DNA of 64,000 nucleotides from Escherichia coli (GTDB lineage Bacteria; Pseudomonadota; Gammaproteobacteria; Enterobacterales; Enterobacteriaceae): NCBI GenBank assembly GCA_002099625.1, contig GCA_002099625.1_4857.1; one strand, 5' to 3'. Shown piece by piece: positions 56,825 to 64,000 of this stretch (position 1 is its first letter; each line of letters starts with the position of its first letter). The notes under the pieces were generated by a model. It saw only the letters and a program-made list of their open reading frames with translations, ran no database searches and was not told where the DNA came from. The position numbers and the translations under genes were made by a program.

Positions 56825-56863
56825 TAAAAAAGGCAATACCCTCTTACCCGAAGGTAAGAGGGG
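56825..56863 (-). terminator. rho-independent terminator (CUUCGG loop)
   Basis: ACCCTCTTACC-CGAA-GGTAAGAGGGG hairpin; minus-strand T-run TTGCCTTTTTTAC. Confidence 0.55.
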
Positions 56864-56869
56864 GTACAA

Positions 56870-57493
56870 CTAACCTGCCAAAATTCGTTCAACGATACGG
56901 GCGGCCTGTAACGCCATATCGTCGTCTGCTGCGATTCGCATCAGTGGGAATTTATCACCACCGTCTGTAGTGATGTGGAACGCAAAACGGTAATGGTCGC
57001 GTAATGCGTCCCAATCGGTCTGTGAGCGCAGATACTTCGCTGTCAGTACCTCATCATCCCAGTTCTTACCTTGTGCTTCTACGCGCTTCTTAAAGCGTTC
57101 TGTGGCGGTTTCGTAAGATACATCGGTTGCCACGTAAAGCTTTGGTGCGTTAATGTGGTCTAATACCCGCGAACGGAAAACTTCCCCTTTACCATCTACG
57201 CCCTGGTAGACAATGGTCGATTGACAAAAACGGTCAAAAATAACGACATCGTGCTCTGGTACAACGAAGTCCATTGTATATTGGAAATCCAGACACATCG
57301 CTTTGGCAATACGTTCACTAGAGGCGTGCTGGATAACCAGAGAGCGTGCACTAATACCGGCTTCAGTGGTATTCGTCGGGTGATTGACGATGATGGCATT
57401 AACGCCAGCGGAGCGCAACATCGCTTGAATCATTTTAGCGAGTGTTGATTTGCCAGAAAAATCTGGACCATCCAGCGCCACTGAGTTTAACAT
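56870..57493 (-). CDS. P-loop nucleotide kinase (thymidylate/dNMP kinase-like)
   Basis: ORF 56870-57577 trimmed to ATG 57493 (MLNSVALDGPDFSGKSTLAK) with GGGGAAG RBS; Walker A GPDFSGKST; size and layout like small nucleotide kinases. Confidence 0.6.
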   Translation of the reverse strand: MLNSVALDGPDFSGKSTLAKMIQAMLRSAGVNAIIVNHPTNTTEAGISARSLVIQHASSERIAKAMCLDFQYTMDFVVPEHDVVIFDRFCQSTIVYQGVDGKGEVFRSRVLDHINAPKLYVATDVSYETATERFKKRVEAQGKNWDDEVLTAKYLRSQTDWDALRDHYRFAFHITTDGGDKFPLMRIAADDDMALQAARIVERILAG

Positions 57494-57555
57494 TTTATTC
57501 TTCCCCAAAAGTTTAATTAATTGTAGTGGTGTCACAATATAGCGACCAGACGTAA

Positions 57556-57597
57556 AGAAAAAAAATAAAACAGGCACCCCGAAGGATGCCTGACATT
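57556..57597 (-). terminator. rho-independent terminator
   Basis: CAGGCACC-CCGAAGG-ATGCCTG imperfect hairpin; minus-strand T-run TTTTATTTTTTTTCT. Confidence 0.5.
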
Positions 57598-57605
57598 AGA
57601 TGTTA

Positions 57606-58364
57606 TTACTCGATAGCCTTGTGGTTCTTCATTTCTGGTGTCCAGGTGTGCTCAATCCATGCTTCGATGACCGGCTTGATGCCCGGACTTTTGAAGAATG
57701 CATTTAATGACGGCCATTCCCCTAACGCGTACTTGTTAGTGAAATTGAGCGACATTACACTGAAGCCTTCGCGTTTGTTAAACAACGCAGAAGGGGCCAA
57801 GGAATAAGACAACATGGCCTGCGGCGTATCCGATTCGGGACGCAGCAGTGTCATGCGGCGGGTGACACGCAGTTCAATATCGTTGAAGTTAGCCCGGAGG
57901 TCTTCTTTAAATTTGACACTGCGGAAGAAACGATTTCCTGTTTCGGATGCTTTATTTACCAATCGCTCGGTTTGCATCACGTCTTTAAAATACGCATTGA
58001 TACATTCTTCAATGAAGACATAGCGTGGTGCAGCTTCACGCAGTGCTTCTAAGTCGAACTCTTTCCACGCGGGTATGAGTTCAGGCTTACGAGCGATGTG
58101 TTTAAAGAACATCCTGGCTGAGACTTCACGCAGTGCTTTCAGCAACCCGCGAATAACATCTTCCCGCGTTGCGTTAGTTGCGAAGAACTCAGTCGTGCCG
58201 TGTACAAAGGTAGCGCCAGTTTTAGCGCTGATGAGCTTATGCTCTATCATAATCGGCATCCCGCCCTTACCGATCATCTCTTCGTTATACAAAAACACAT
58301 AACGATATTCGCCACAGGCAGTGGGGACGGACAGGAACTCTTTCTTCGTAGTATTAACAGTCAT
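57606..58364 (-). CDS. hypothetical protein
   Basis: 252-aa ORF. Confidence 0.5.
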   Translation of the reverse strand: MTVNTTKKEFLSVPTACGEYRYVFLYNEEMIGKGGMPIMIEHKLISAKTGATFVHGTTEFFATNATREDVIRGLLKALREVSARMFFKHIARKPELIPAWKEFDLEALREAAPRYVFIEECINAYFKDVMQTERLVNKASETGNRFFRSVKFKEDLRANFNDIELRVTRRMTLLRPESDTPQAMLSYSLAPSALFNKREGFSVMSLNFTNKYALGEWPSLNAFFKSPGIKPVIEAWIEHTWTPEMKNHKAIE

Positions 58365-58464
58365 GGTATTTCTCTCTTAGTTTAAGTTGGTGAGTTTTAA
58401 CCGACTCACAACGGCTTCTAGCATATGCTAAGGATGAAACGTAAATTTTGCACGTCTCCCTAAG

Positions 58465-58481
58465 ATAATATCTATCCGAAA
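58465..58481 (-). promoter_or_regulatory. conserved promoter-like box (copy 5 of 5, one mismatch)
   Basis: minus-strand TTTCGGATAGATATTAT about 100 nt upstream of the start at 58364. Confidence 0.35.
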
Positions 58482-58515
58482 AACAATAGAGTCGACCCAC
58501 TCCCGAAGGAGTGGG
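58482..58515 (-). terminator. terminator-like hairpin (CUUCGG loop)
   Basis: CCCACTCC-CGAA-GGAGTGGG hairpin; weaker T-run that overlaps the promoter-like box. Confidence 0.45.
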
Positions 58516-58521
58516 TATAAC

Positions 58522-59121
58522 TCACTGATGATCAACTTTCGGTTCAGACCACTCGGGGACTGGCGGAAGTTTAATATCAGTTGCGTATTCTGAAGGCACC
58601 GCGAGTGTGGTAAAGCCACGACACGCTAAATAGTGCTGCATTCGTGCTGCCTGATTCGCTGTATCGGTGATCACCAAATGGGTCTTACGCATAAGCGCGA
58701 GTACCGCCTGTCCTTCTTGCGGCGTGGGTGTACGTGGATGCTTACTGATAATACTCATTAACCAGTCACGTGCAATACCACCCACATTACAACTGGCCTC
58801 GCGCAAATCAACCACACCTTCACCCTCGCCCACCACCTGTTTGGTAGAGTTAGGATAAAAGCGATACGGTGCACGACGACGCTTACGACGTACTTCTGAA
58901 ATAGCACGTCCAAGTATCATCTGTGCGTGTTTAACGCTACAGCCGTCCACCGGTCTACGCATGTTCGTTACTAAACAGGCAATTTCTAACACCTTACCGA
59001 TTTGATAGCGACGCTTAAAGCCATGACGACTTATGTCTACGTATTCTGGAAGATTGCCGTTTTTATTGATGTTTGCAACCGTAATCAAAAACAGCGAATC
59101 GAGAATCATCTCAGACATCAC
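58522..59121 (-). CDS. hypothetical protein
   Basis: 199-aa ORF, Arg-rich. Confidence 0.5.
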   Translation of the reverse strand: MMSEMILDSLFLITVANINKNGNLPEYVDISRHGFKRRYQIGKVLEIACLVTNMRRPVDGCSVKHAQMILGRAISEVRRKRRRAPYRFYPNSTKQVVGEGEGVVDLREASCNVGGIARDWLMSIISKHPRTPTPQEGQAVLALMRKTHLVITDTANQAARMQHYLACRGFTTLAVPSEYATDIKLPPVPEWSEPKVDHQ

Positions 59122-59130
59122 AGTTTCCCC

Positions 59131-59502
59131 TTAAAACCCCGCAACGACTGCAGACATAAAGTCATGAACGACTTTACGTTGTTCTGCAAGCGGGTAGCCA
59201 AATTTAGTAATGTCGTGCATCCACCGAACCCGGTGAGTCCGACCATCGTGACTGAATGTGGAGCGCAGTACCAGGAAATAATCCGCACTGACTCGGAAAT
59301 GTAACGAGCAGCTGCCATGTTTGGCTCGCACGGTCAACTGAATACGCTTTACGCCGTCGCCTAAATATTTAGCGTCGATGTCGACCTGGTCAACCTCCGG
59401 CACAGCCCGTAAGGCTTGCGCGACGTCTTCCAGGTCCCCGTTCTTGCTCACATTAGCGCCATGGAGCGCTGCGGTACAGAGTTGAAGCTCTCGATAGAAC
59501 AT
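59131..59502 (-). CDS. hypothetical protein
   Basis: 123-aa ORF; 55-nt overlap with upstream ORF. Confidence 0.45.
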   Translation of the reverse strand: MFYRELQLCTAALHGANVSKNGDLEDVAQALRAVPEVDQVDIDAKYLGDGVKRIQLTVRAKHGSCSLHFRVSADYFLVLRSTFSHDGRTHRVRWMHDITKFGYPLAEQRKVVHDFMSAVVAGF

Positions 59503-60056
59503 CCTTCTAGTCTCCTGTCCCTCCCATAGTTCAAGGGATTTTTATAATACCAATCTTCATGCACAGGAGTCACGCGGATATACCGGCTGTAAAACAACAA
59601 GTATTTGTAGAAGGTATCAATACTGACGTCTTTGTCTACCGATAAAAAGTAGTTTAAAGACGGGTCGTCTGGGAACGACACAAAGATACCGGTGAAGTAC
59701 GCATCGGCATAGGGGCCATTAAACGGCGTCACTTCACACTTCAGGCAAGGTAAGCCAACCTGAAACGCGTTCTGTCCTGTCCAGTAAATTCCACGTGTGG
59801 TTGCATCGCGTGTTTTCCCATCGGGACGACAAACAACCCCTGCCATAAAACTGGACCGTTGACTTGGGTCAGCCGCATTTAAGAACTGGGCTATTCTGTC
59901 TACTGAAAAATATTTTAACGTGCCGGGCGGTAATTGCCAGAACTGTCCCATCGCACGTACCACCTTCCAACCAGGGCGATTTCTTGCCCCAAAACGCTTT
60001 ACACAAAAAGTATATCGCGAGCCAGTCTGATGTGGCACGCTGCGGACAGCTACCAT
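59448..60056 (-). CDS. hypothetical protein
   Basis: 202-aa ORF. Confidence 0.5.
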   Translation of the reverse strand: MVAVRSVPHQTGSRYTFCVKRFGARNRPGWKVVRAMGQFWQLPPGTLKYFSVDRIAQFLNAADPSQRSSFMAGVVCRPDGKTRDATTRGIYWTGQNAFQVGLPCLKCEVTPFNGPYADAYFTGIFVSFPDDPSLNYFLSVDKDVSIDTFYKYLLFYSRYIRVTPVHEDWYYKNPLNYGRDRRLEGCSIESFNSVPQRSMALM

Positions 60057-60057
60057 G

Positions 60058-60534
60058 TTAAAGCTCCTTTACCATATCCTGGTATTCAGTTCGGAATCCG
60101 AAACGTTCATAAAACGCAATAGCACGGTCGTTATTACCGAGCACGTTAAGCTGCATCCATGCGCAGCCTTTTGATTTGCCATAGTTCTCTACGGCTTCGA
60201 TCAGTTCATGGCCAACGCCTTGTGAACGAACCGATTCATCTACAAAAAAGTTATATACCCAGAGGAAACGTTGTCCCTTTTTGGTGTAGCCAAAGGTGAT
60301 GAAGCCAACAGCCACACCACGGTCATCAACGGCGCAAGCGCACAGCGTACCTTCACCCCAAACCTCCTCCAGTTTTGAGATTTGATTAAACCCTTCACGA
60401 CCGTTTAAGTCGGCGAGTTTTATTTTCTGATCGTCGTATAACTTGTTGTGTAGTCCTAACAAATCCGCGTAGTATTTCTTTCCATACGGGGAGTTGGGCT
60501 TGGTGACAAAAACGATTTTCATCACACCCTCCAA
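60058..60534 (-). CDS. GNAT family N-acetyltransferase
   Basis: 158 aa; motif VRSQGVGHELIEAVENYGKSKGCAWMQLNV (Q/RxxGxG/A acetyl-CoA site). Confidence 0.7.
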   Translation of the reverse strand: MEGVMKIVFVTKPNSPYGKKYYADLLGLHNKLYDDQKIKLADLNGREGFNQISKLEEVWGEGTLCACAVDDRGVAVGFITFGYTKKGQRFLWVYNFFVDESVRSQGVGHELIEAVENYGKSKGCAWMQLNVLGNNDRAIAFYERFGFRTEYQDMVKEL

Positions 60535-61016
60535 TACATCTGGTAAGCACCTACCTTAAAGCCAGCTTTGTCGTAGAGCGACTTCGCGGCAGCGTTACCG
60601 GCGTTCACGGACAGGTGAACAACTGTACACCCTTTTTCCGTTGCGGATTTCTTTACCGCATCCATCAACGCGGTGCCGTAACCTTTACCACGTGCGCTGC
60701 TGCTAACGACCAGTGAGGATACCGACATCATCGTCACACCCTCTTCAGTCATCGTGCGGTATTGCGCAAAGCCATACAAGACACCGTCGTCCACGACCGC
60801 CAGTAAACGACCCCGGAAGCGCTCGGCTAACGATTTAGCCGGCGTAAAACGGACATTAATACCCGTCTCTTTTCGATAGCTTTCTATTTCGCTTTTGTCC
60901 AGCTCGTTATAAAGCGCGAGGATATCTGTGGAATATTTCCTGCCGTTAGCCGTGTCTGGCCCCACTATGGTAATAATCTTCATCAGTTCACCTCGGCCAG
61001 CGATTGCTTCGTCCAC
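60522..61016 (-). CDS. GNAT family N-acetyltransferase
   Basis: 164 aa; motif RGKGYGTALMDAVKKSATEKGCTVVHLSVNAGNAAAKSLYDKAGF. Confidence 0.7.
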   Translation of the reverse strand: MDEAIAGRGELMKIITIVGPDTANGRKYSTDILALYNELDKSEIESYRKETGINVRFTPAKSLAERFRGRLLAVVDDGVLYGFAQYRTMTEEGVTMMSVSSLVVSSSARGKGYGTALMDAVKKSATEKGCTVVHLSVNAGNAAAKSLYDKAGFKVGAYQMYWRV

Positions 61017-62116
61017 TCCATTAGACCCTCCGCCACGCGTACCAACGCCGTGGTGAATGCGTCTTCCATCGCCATTGCATTACGGTAACGTAACGTGGCC
61101 TCCTTCAGCTCATCCCCTTCTAGGTTCTTAAGCTCGGACTTCATCGCTTCCACTTCTTCGTAAATGCCGGTGTAGCCCACAACACGGTTCTTTGTTCCAC
61201 GTGCAGCAATAGATTTGATAAGTGCTTCCACAGCCTCTATTGCTTTCCCACACTGATGCATATCCAGCGATTTAATGGTTTCACCATACTCACCGTCACG
61301 CGCAATTGCCCAACTGACCTTACCACTATGGTGCTCAACCACAACGATATTTCCAGGGACAGGAAAAGCTTCCACCTTTTTAAAGGGATCGATGATGCCA
61401 AGCAACCCAGCAGCACGCTTAACTGCCCAGTTCGTGGACTTGCTGATTTGTTTTAAGCCTGGCCCTTCGAATGCTTTGCTTTTCTTCAGAGCGGTGCGTG
61501 TGTAAACCGTGTACTTTTGCACGACGCCTTCGTACGCATTTGTTTGTTTAGAAAACTTAACACACGCTTCAAAATCGGGTCGATCTTCAAAGCAAACTTT
61601 AGACGTCCAGCTGCTCGTGTGAACGTCGACCGCAGCGAGTGTTTTGTGGTCATCCAATAACGACATTCGTGCTTTGAGCTTATTGAGCTTACGCTCCATG
61701 AAAGCAGCTTTCGAAGTTATTTCTTTCAAACGGTCGGCTTGTTCTTTCGCTAGCGCTTCCGCGAAATCGTAAAAGCGTAATGCGAGCTTTTTCGAAAGTT
61801 TACCCGCGCCCTTTGCGGTTGCGCCTAGTCCAGCACCCACTAACTTTCCAGTACCTTTAACAGCTTTCGCAGTAATGCGCCCTGCTGCGCGATGGATGCC
61901 AGCCCGCGGGTCAGTATCAGTCATAAACTGAGCACGCTCCATCGCTTCGCGCGATTCACGAGCAACCAACATATCTTCACCGTCGTCGGTTAAGCACCAA
62001 CGCTGACGAATCGCGCAAACCGCAGGGAAGTCGGGCTTAACTCCCAGACCTTCGAGTGCGACCAGGCGATCGTAGTCGTCAGTCAGGACTTCTAAATCTA
62101 AATCGAGCGTCGACAT
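60983..62116 (-). CDS. hypothetical protein
   Basis: 377-aa ORF; Lys/Ala-rich central region. Confidence 0.5.
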   Translation of the reverse strand: MSTLDLDLEVLTDDYDRLVALEGLGVKPDFPAVCAIRQRWCLTDDGEDMLVARESREAMERAQFMTDTDPRAGIHRAAGRITAKAVKGTGKLVGAGLGATAKGAGKLSKKLALRFYDFAEALAKEQADRLKEITSKAAFMERKLNKLKARMSLLDDHKTLAAVDVHTSSWTSKVCFEDRPDFEACVKFSKQTNAYEGVVQKYTVYTRTALKKSKAFEGPGLKQISKSTNWAVKRAAGLLGIIDPFKKVEAFPVPGNIVVVEHHSGKVSWAIARDGEYGETIKSLDMHQCGKAIEAVEALIKSIAARGTKNRVVGYTGIYEEVEAMKSELKNLEGDELKEATLRYRNAMAMEDAFTTALVRVAEGLMEWTKQSLAEVN

Positions 62117-62126
62117 CCCCTGCTCC

Positions 62127-62399
62127 TTACATCCGCGTCAAAGTATAGTAGTAGTTGCGATGTGGCCATCGAACACACAAGGCAAATATCTCTCCCGTAT
62201 CCGGCGTGGTGTAAACTGTCTGAATTGGGTCATTTTCTTGTGGTGCGACTTTCGAATCAAAACCGTGATGTTCCAGGTAATCGAAGAACTCATCTTCAGT
62301 GCCTGGGAACAGACGAAGGCTGGTCACCTTCTTAATCGGTTTTGACGGCGTAGGGAAGAATGCTTCCCACAAACGACGAGCTAAACTGGTAGTTTGCAT
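62127..62399 (-). CDS. hypothetical protein
   Basis: 90-aa ORF. Confidence 0.45.
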   Translation of the reverse strand: MQTTSLARRLWEAFFPTPSKPIKKVTSLRLFPGTEDEFFDYLEHHGFDSKVAPQENDPIQTVYTTPDTGEIFALCVRWPHRNYYYTLTRM

Positions 62400-62429
62400 A
62401 ATAGCGACCTCTGATTAAAGGCAACGTGG

Positions 62430-63029
62430 TCATAATAAGCACAAGCTCTCAAGCCACAGATGTCCTTCAAGCGCATGGTGGTAACAAGGAATACCACACT
62501 GCTTAGCGTATTTCACGCCCATGGCAGTACCGCCGGTCGGATTACCTTGTTTATCTAAAGGCGCAGAGTAATAAACTGCGTCTACAGGCGTTGCTAAATC
62601 ATCGCCCATAATTATATTCAGATTACGGCCATGAAGCGCCCAGGCGAACTCCTGGAGCTTTTCTGGCGCGGGATGAAGCTTACCTACTATCTCACGATAG
62701 CGGTCATCCTGAGGGATTACACGGAACTCTACGTTGGGATTCTGTTTCTTGAGCCAGAGCTTTTTCTCATCGGGTAGGTAACAAATGAACTCATCATCCC
62801 ACACCACTTTCTTGCCGGTATCTTGGTCGATTGTATTCGCCCACTGTCGGGCAAATCGGAATTGCAATTGGTCTGGACCACACCAGCAGCCGCCAGAAGA
62901 AAAATGAATCGTGTAATCCTTGGCGTGCAGCGCATTAAACCCACGTAACAATCGCATGTACATTTCAGACATGGTATCTTCATCAGTCTTCCGAGAACCG
63001 ATTACCGCAATTTTATAAATCTTTTTCAT
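62430..63029 (-). CDS. hypothetical protein, possible Rossmann-fold (DprA/SLOG-like) nucleotide-binding protein
   Basis: 199 aa; N-terminal KIAVIGSR plus FSSGG glycine motif; assignment tentative. Confidence 0.4.
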   Translation of the reverse strand: MKKIYKIAVIGSRKTDEDTMSEMYMRLLRGFNALHAKDYTIHFSSGGCWCGPDQLQFRFARQWANTIDQDTGKKVVWDDEFICYLPDEKKLWLKKQNPNVEFRVIPQDDRYREIVGKLHPAPEKLQEFAWALHGRNLNIIMGDDLATPVDAVYYSAPLDKQGNPTGGTAMGVKYAKQCGIPCYHHALEGHLWLESLCLL

Positions 63030-63061
63030 GGACTTACCTCCTATACGGAGTGGACGATTCG

Positions 63062-63106
63062 TAAGAAAAAAATAAATACCTACCCTCGCTAAACGGGCGA
63101 GGGTAG
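63062..63106 (-). terminator. rho-independent terminator
   Basis: CTACCCTCGC / GCGAGGGTAG inverted repeat; minus-strand T-run TATTTATTTTTTTTCTTAC. Confidence 0.55.
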
Positions 63107-63110
63107 TGTC

Positions 63111-63761
63111 TTAAACAAACACACGATAACGAAAACCGCTAAGCTTCGAGATAGTCACTTCTTCTAACAGCTTACGCCCCCAGAAACCAGCCAAGTCGTA
63201 TTCCAGACCAGGCAGCGTTGTCTTGGTTAAGTCTTGGCCGATATGGTACGGTAGCGTAATACGTGTGCGCGATTCGTAAACAAACGATTCACATTCATAG
63301 ACGAGGATGTATCGATCGGTCAGGATGTCGTACTCTACGTGGCATTGCGCGGGGTTTTCCCACGCCTTACTTACAACGATGCCACGTTCTGCACACGCCG
63401 ATTCAAAACTGGCCATTGCAGGTTCAGACCATACGCGCAAATCGGCCGGTTTACCTTTCGACAAATCAAACCACGTGAGATGATCAGGTCCCAATGTGAT
63501 TATATCATTTAAGCTCAATTTGCGGTAACGCACAACCACATAGTCATCTGGCTTACTCTTATTAGTCAGCAAAGCACTTACACGACCGTCCGGTTCCGGT
63601 GGACCATAACTCTCCACACGGATACGTTCTGTGTTCAGGGGCGTATAAACGGTTTCAGCATTAAAAGCATTGACTAAATCGAGCAAGGTTTGACTATGAT
63701 GGTGGTTAAAGTCAATAACAAAAGACATGCCTCGCTCCTGGTATTTGATTAAGGGGGTCAT
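63111..63761 (-). CDS. hypothetical protein
   Basis: 216-aa ORF. Confidence 0.5.
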   Translation of the reverse strand: MTPLIKYQERGMSFVIDFNHHHSQTLLDLVNAFNAETVYTPLNTERIRVESYGPPEPDGRVSALLTNKSKPDDYVVVRYRKLSLNDIITLGPDHLTWFDLSKGKPADLRVWSEPAMASFESACAERGIVVSKAWENPAQCHVEYDILTDRYILVYECESFVYESRTRITLPYHIGQDLTKTTLPGLEYDLAGFWGRKLLEEVTISKLSGFRYRVFV

Positions 63762-63790
63762 AATACTTCACAGGAAAATAATAAACAGTA

Positions 63791-63810
63791 TAGGGGCCGA
63801 AGCCCCTATA
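63791..63810 (-). terminator. terminator-like hairpin (CUUCGG loop)
   Basis: ATAGGGGC-CGAA-GCCCCTAT hairpin with a T-rich minus-strand tract downstream. Confidence 0.4.
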
Positions 63811-64000
63811 CGCTGTGTTTAATAATCGTACAAAGGATACCGTGCGGAAATTTCTTTACCTACCCAAAAAGTTAACTGGTGGGTATTAACGCTGCGGTGT
63901 GTTCGTACTGACGGGACAATTTTCGCTTTAACTTTCGGCGAACATGTACCGGCATCTATTGGCTGGTACGTCTTGCGCTTTGTGTTAACGAGATAAAAGC

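Noticed and set aside
1-64000. tRNA, rRNA or other structured RNA genes
   Set aside because: Intergenic spaces are short and each is accounted for by a terminator or promoter-like element; no cloverleaf-compatible segment noticed, though I cannot run a tRNA scanner so a missed tRNA remains possible.

Overview
This window reads as a contiguous stretch of a large tailed dsDNA bacteriophage genome: enterobacterial-type codon usage, a Dam-type GATC methyltransferase closely resembling E. coli Dam, almost gap-free gene packing, and hairpin-plus-T-run terminators whose loops read CUUCGG on the transcript. Layout: (i) 1-10.0 kb, plus strand: 3' part of a large structural gene, a coiled-coil fibre gene, then a terminator-insulated eight-gene operon with three tandem Cys/Ser/Gly-rich precursor-like peptides and two radical-SAM enzymes (one with a SPASM-type C-terminal Cys cluster). 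This is the most unusual content of the window; I do not recognise it as a described phage system. (ii) 10.0-13.4 kb: lysis cassette (lipoprotein, M15-type peptidase, GH108-type endolysin with peptidoglycan-binding domain, candidate small membrane ORFs). (iii) 13.4-33.4 kb, minus strand: a large expansion of putative receptor-binding/tail-fibre paralogues (three tandem three-gene cassettes plus a seven-gene tandem array) sharing an N-terminal module of about 85 aa. (iv) 33.5-39.7 kb: small hypothetical genes with a repeated promoter-like box. (v) 39.7-45.2 kb: two large, probably carbohydrate-active tail proteins. (vi) 45.2-64 kb: early-type region with a PP-loop ATPase, Dam methyltransferase, three GNAT acetyltransferases, a P-loop nucleotide kinase, HTH and zinc-ribbon proteins. 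No rRNA, tRNA, CRISPR array or transposable element was recognised. All functional calls come from motifs read by eye on the supplied ORF translations; no database search or computation was run. CDS coordinates include the stop codon and are approximate to a few nt where I moved a start; one ORF frame (45672-46106) did not match my manual read of the text.
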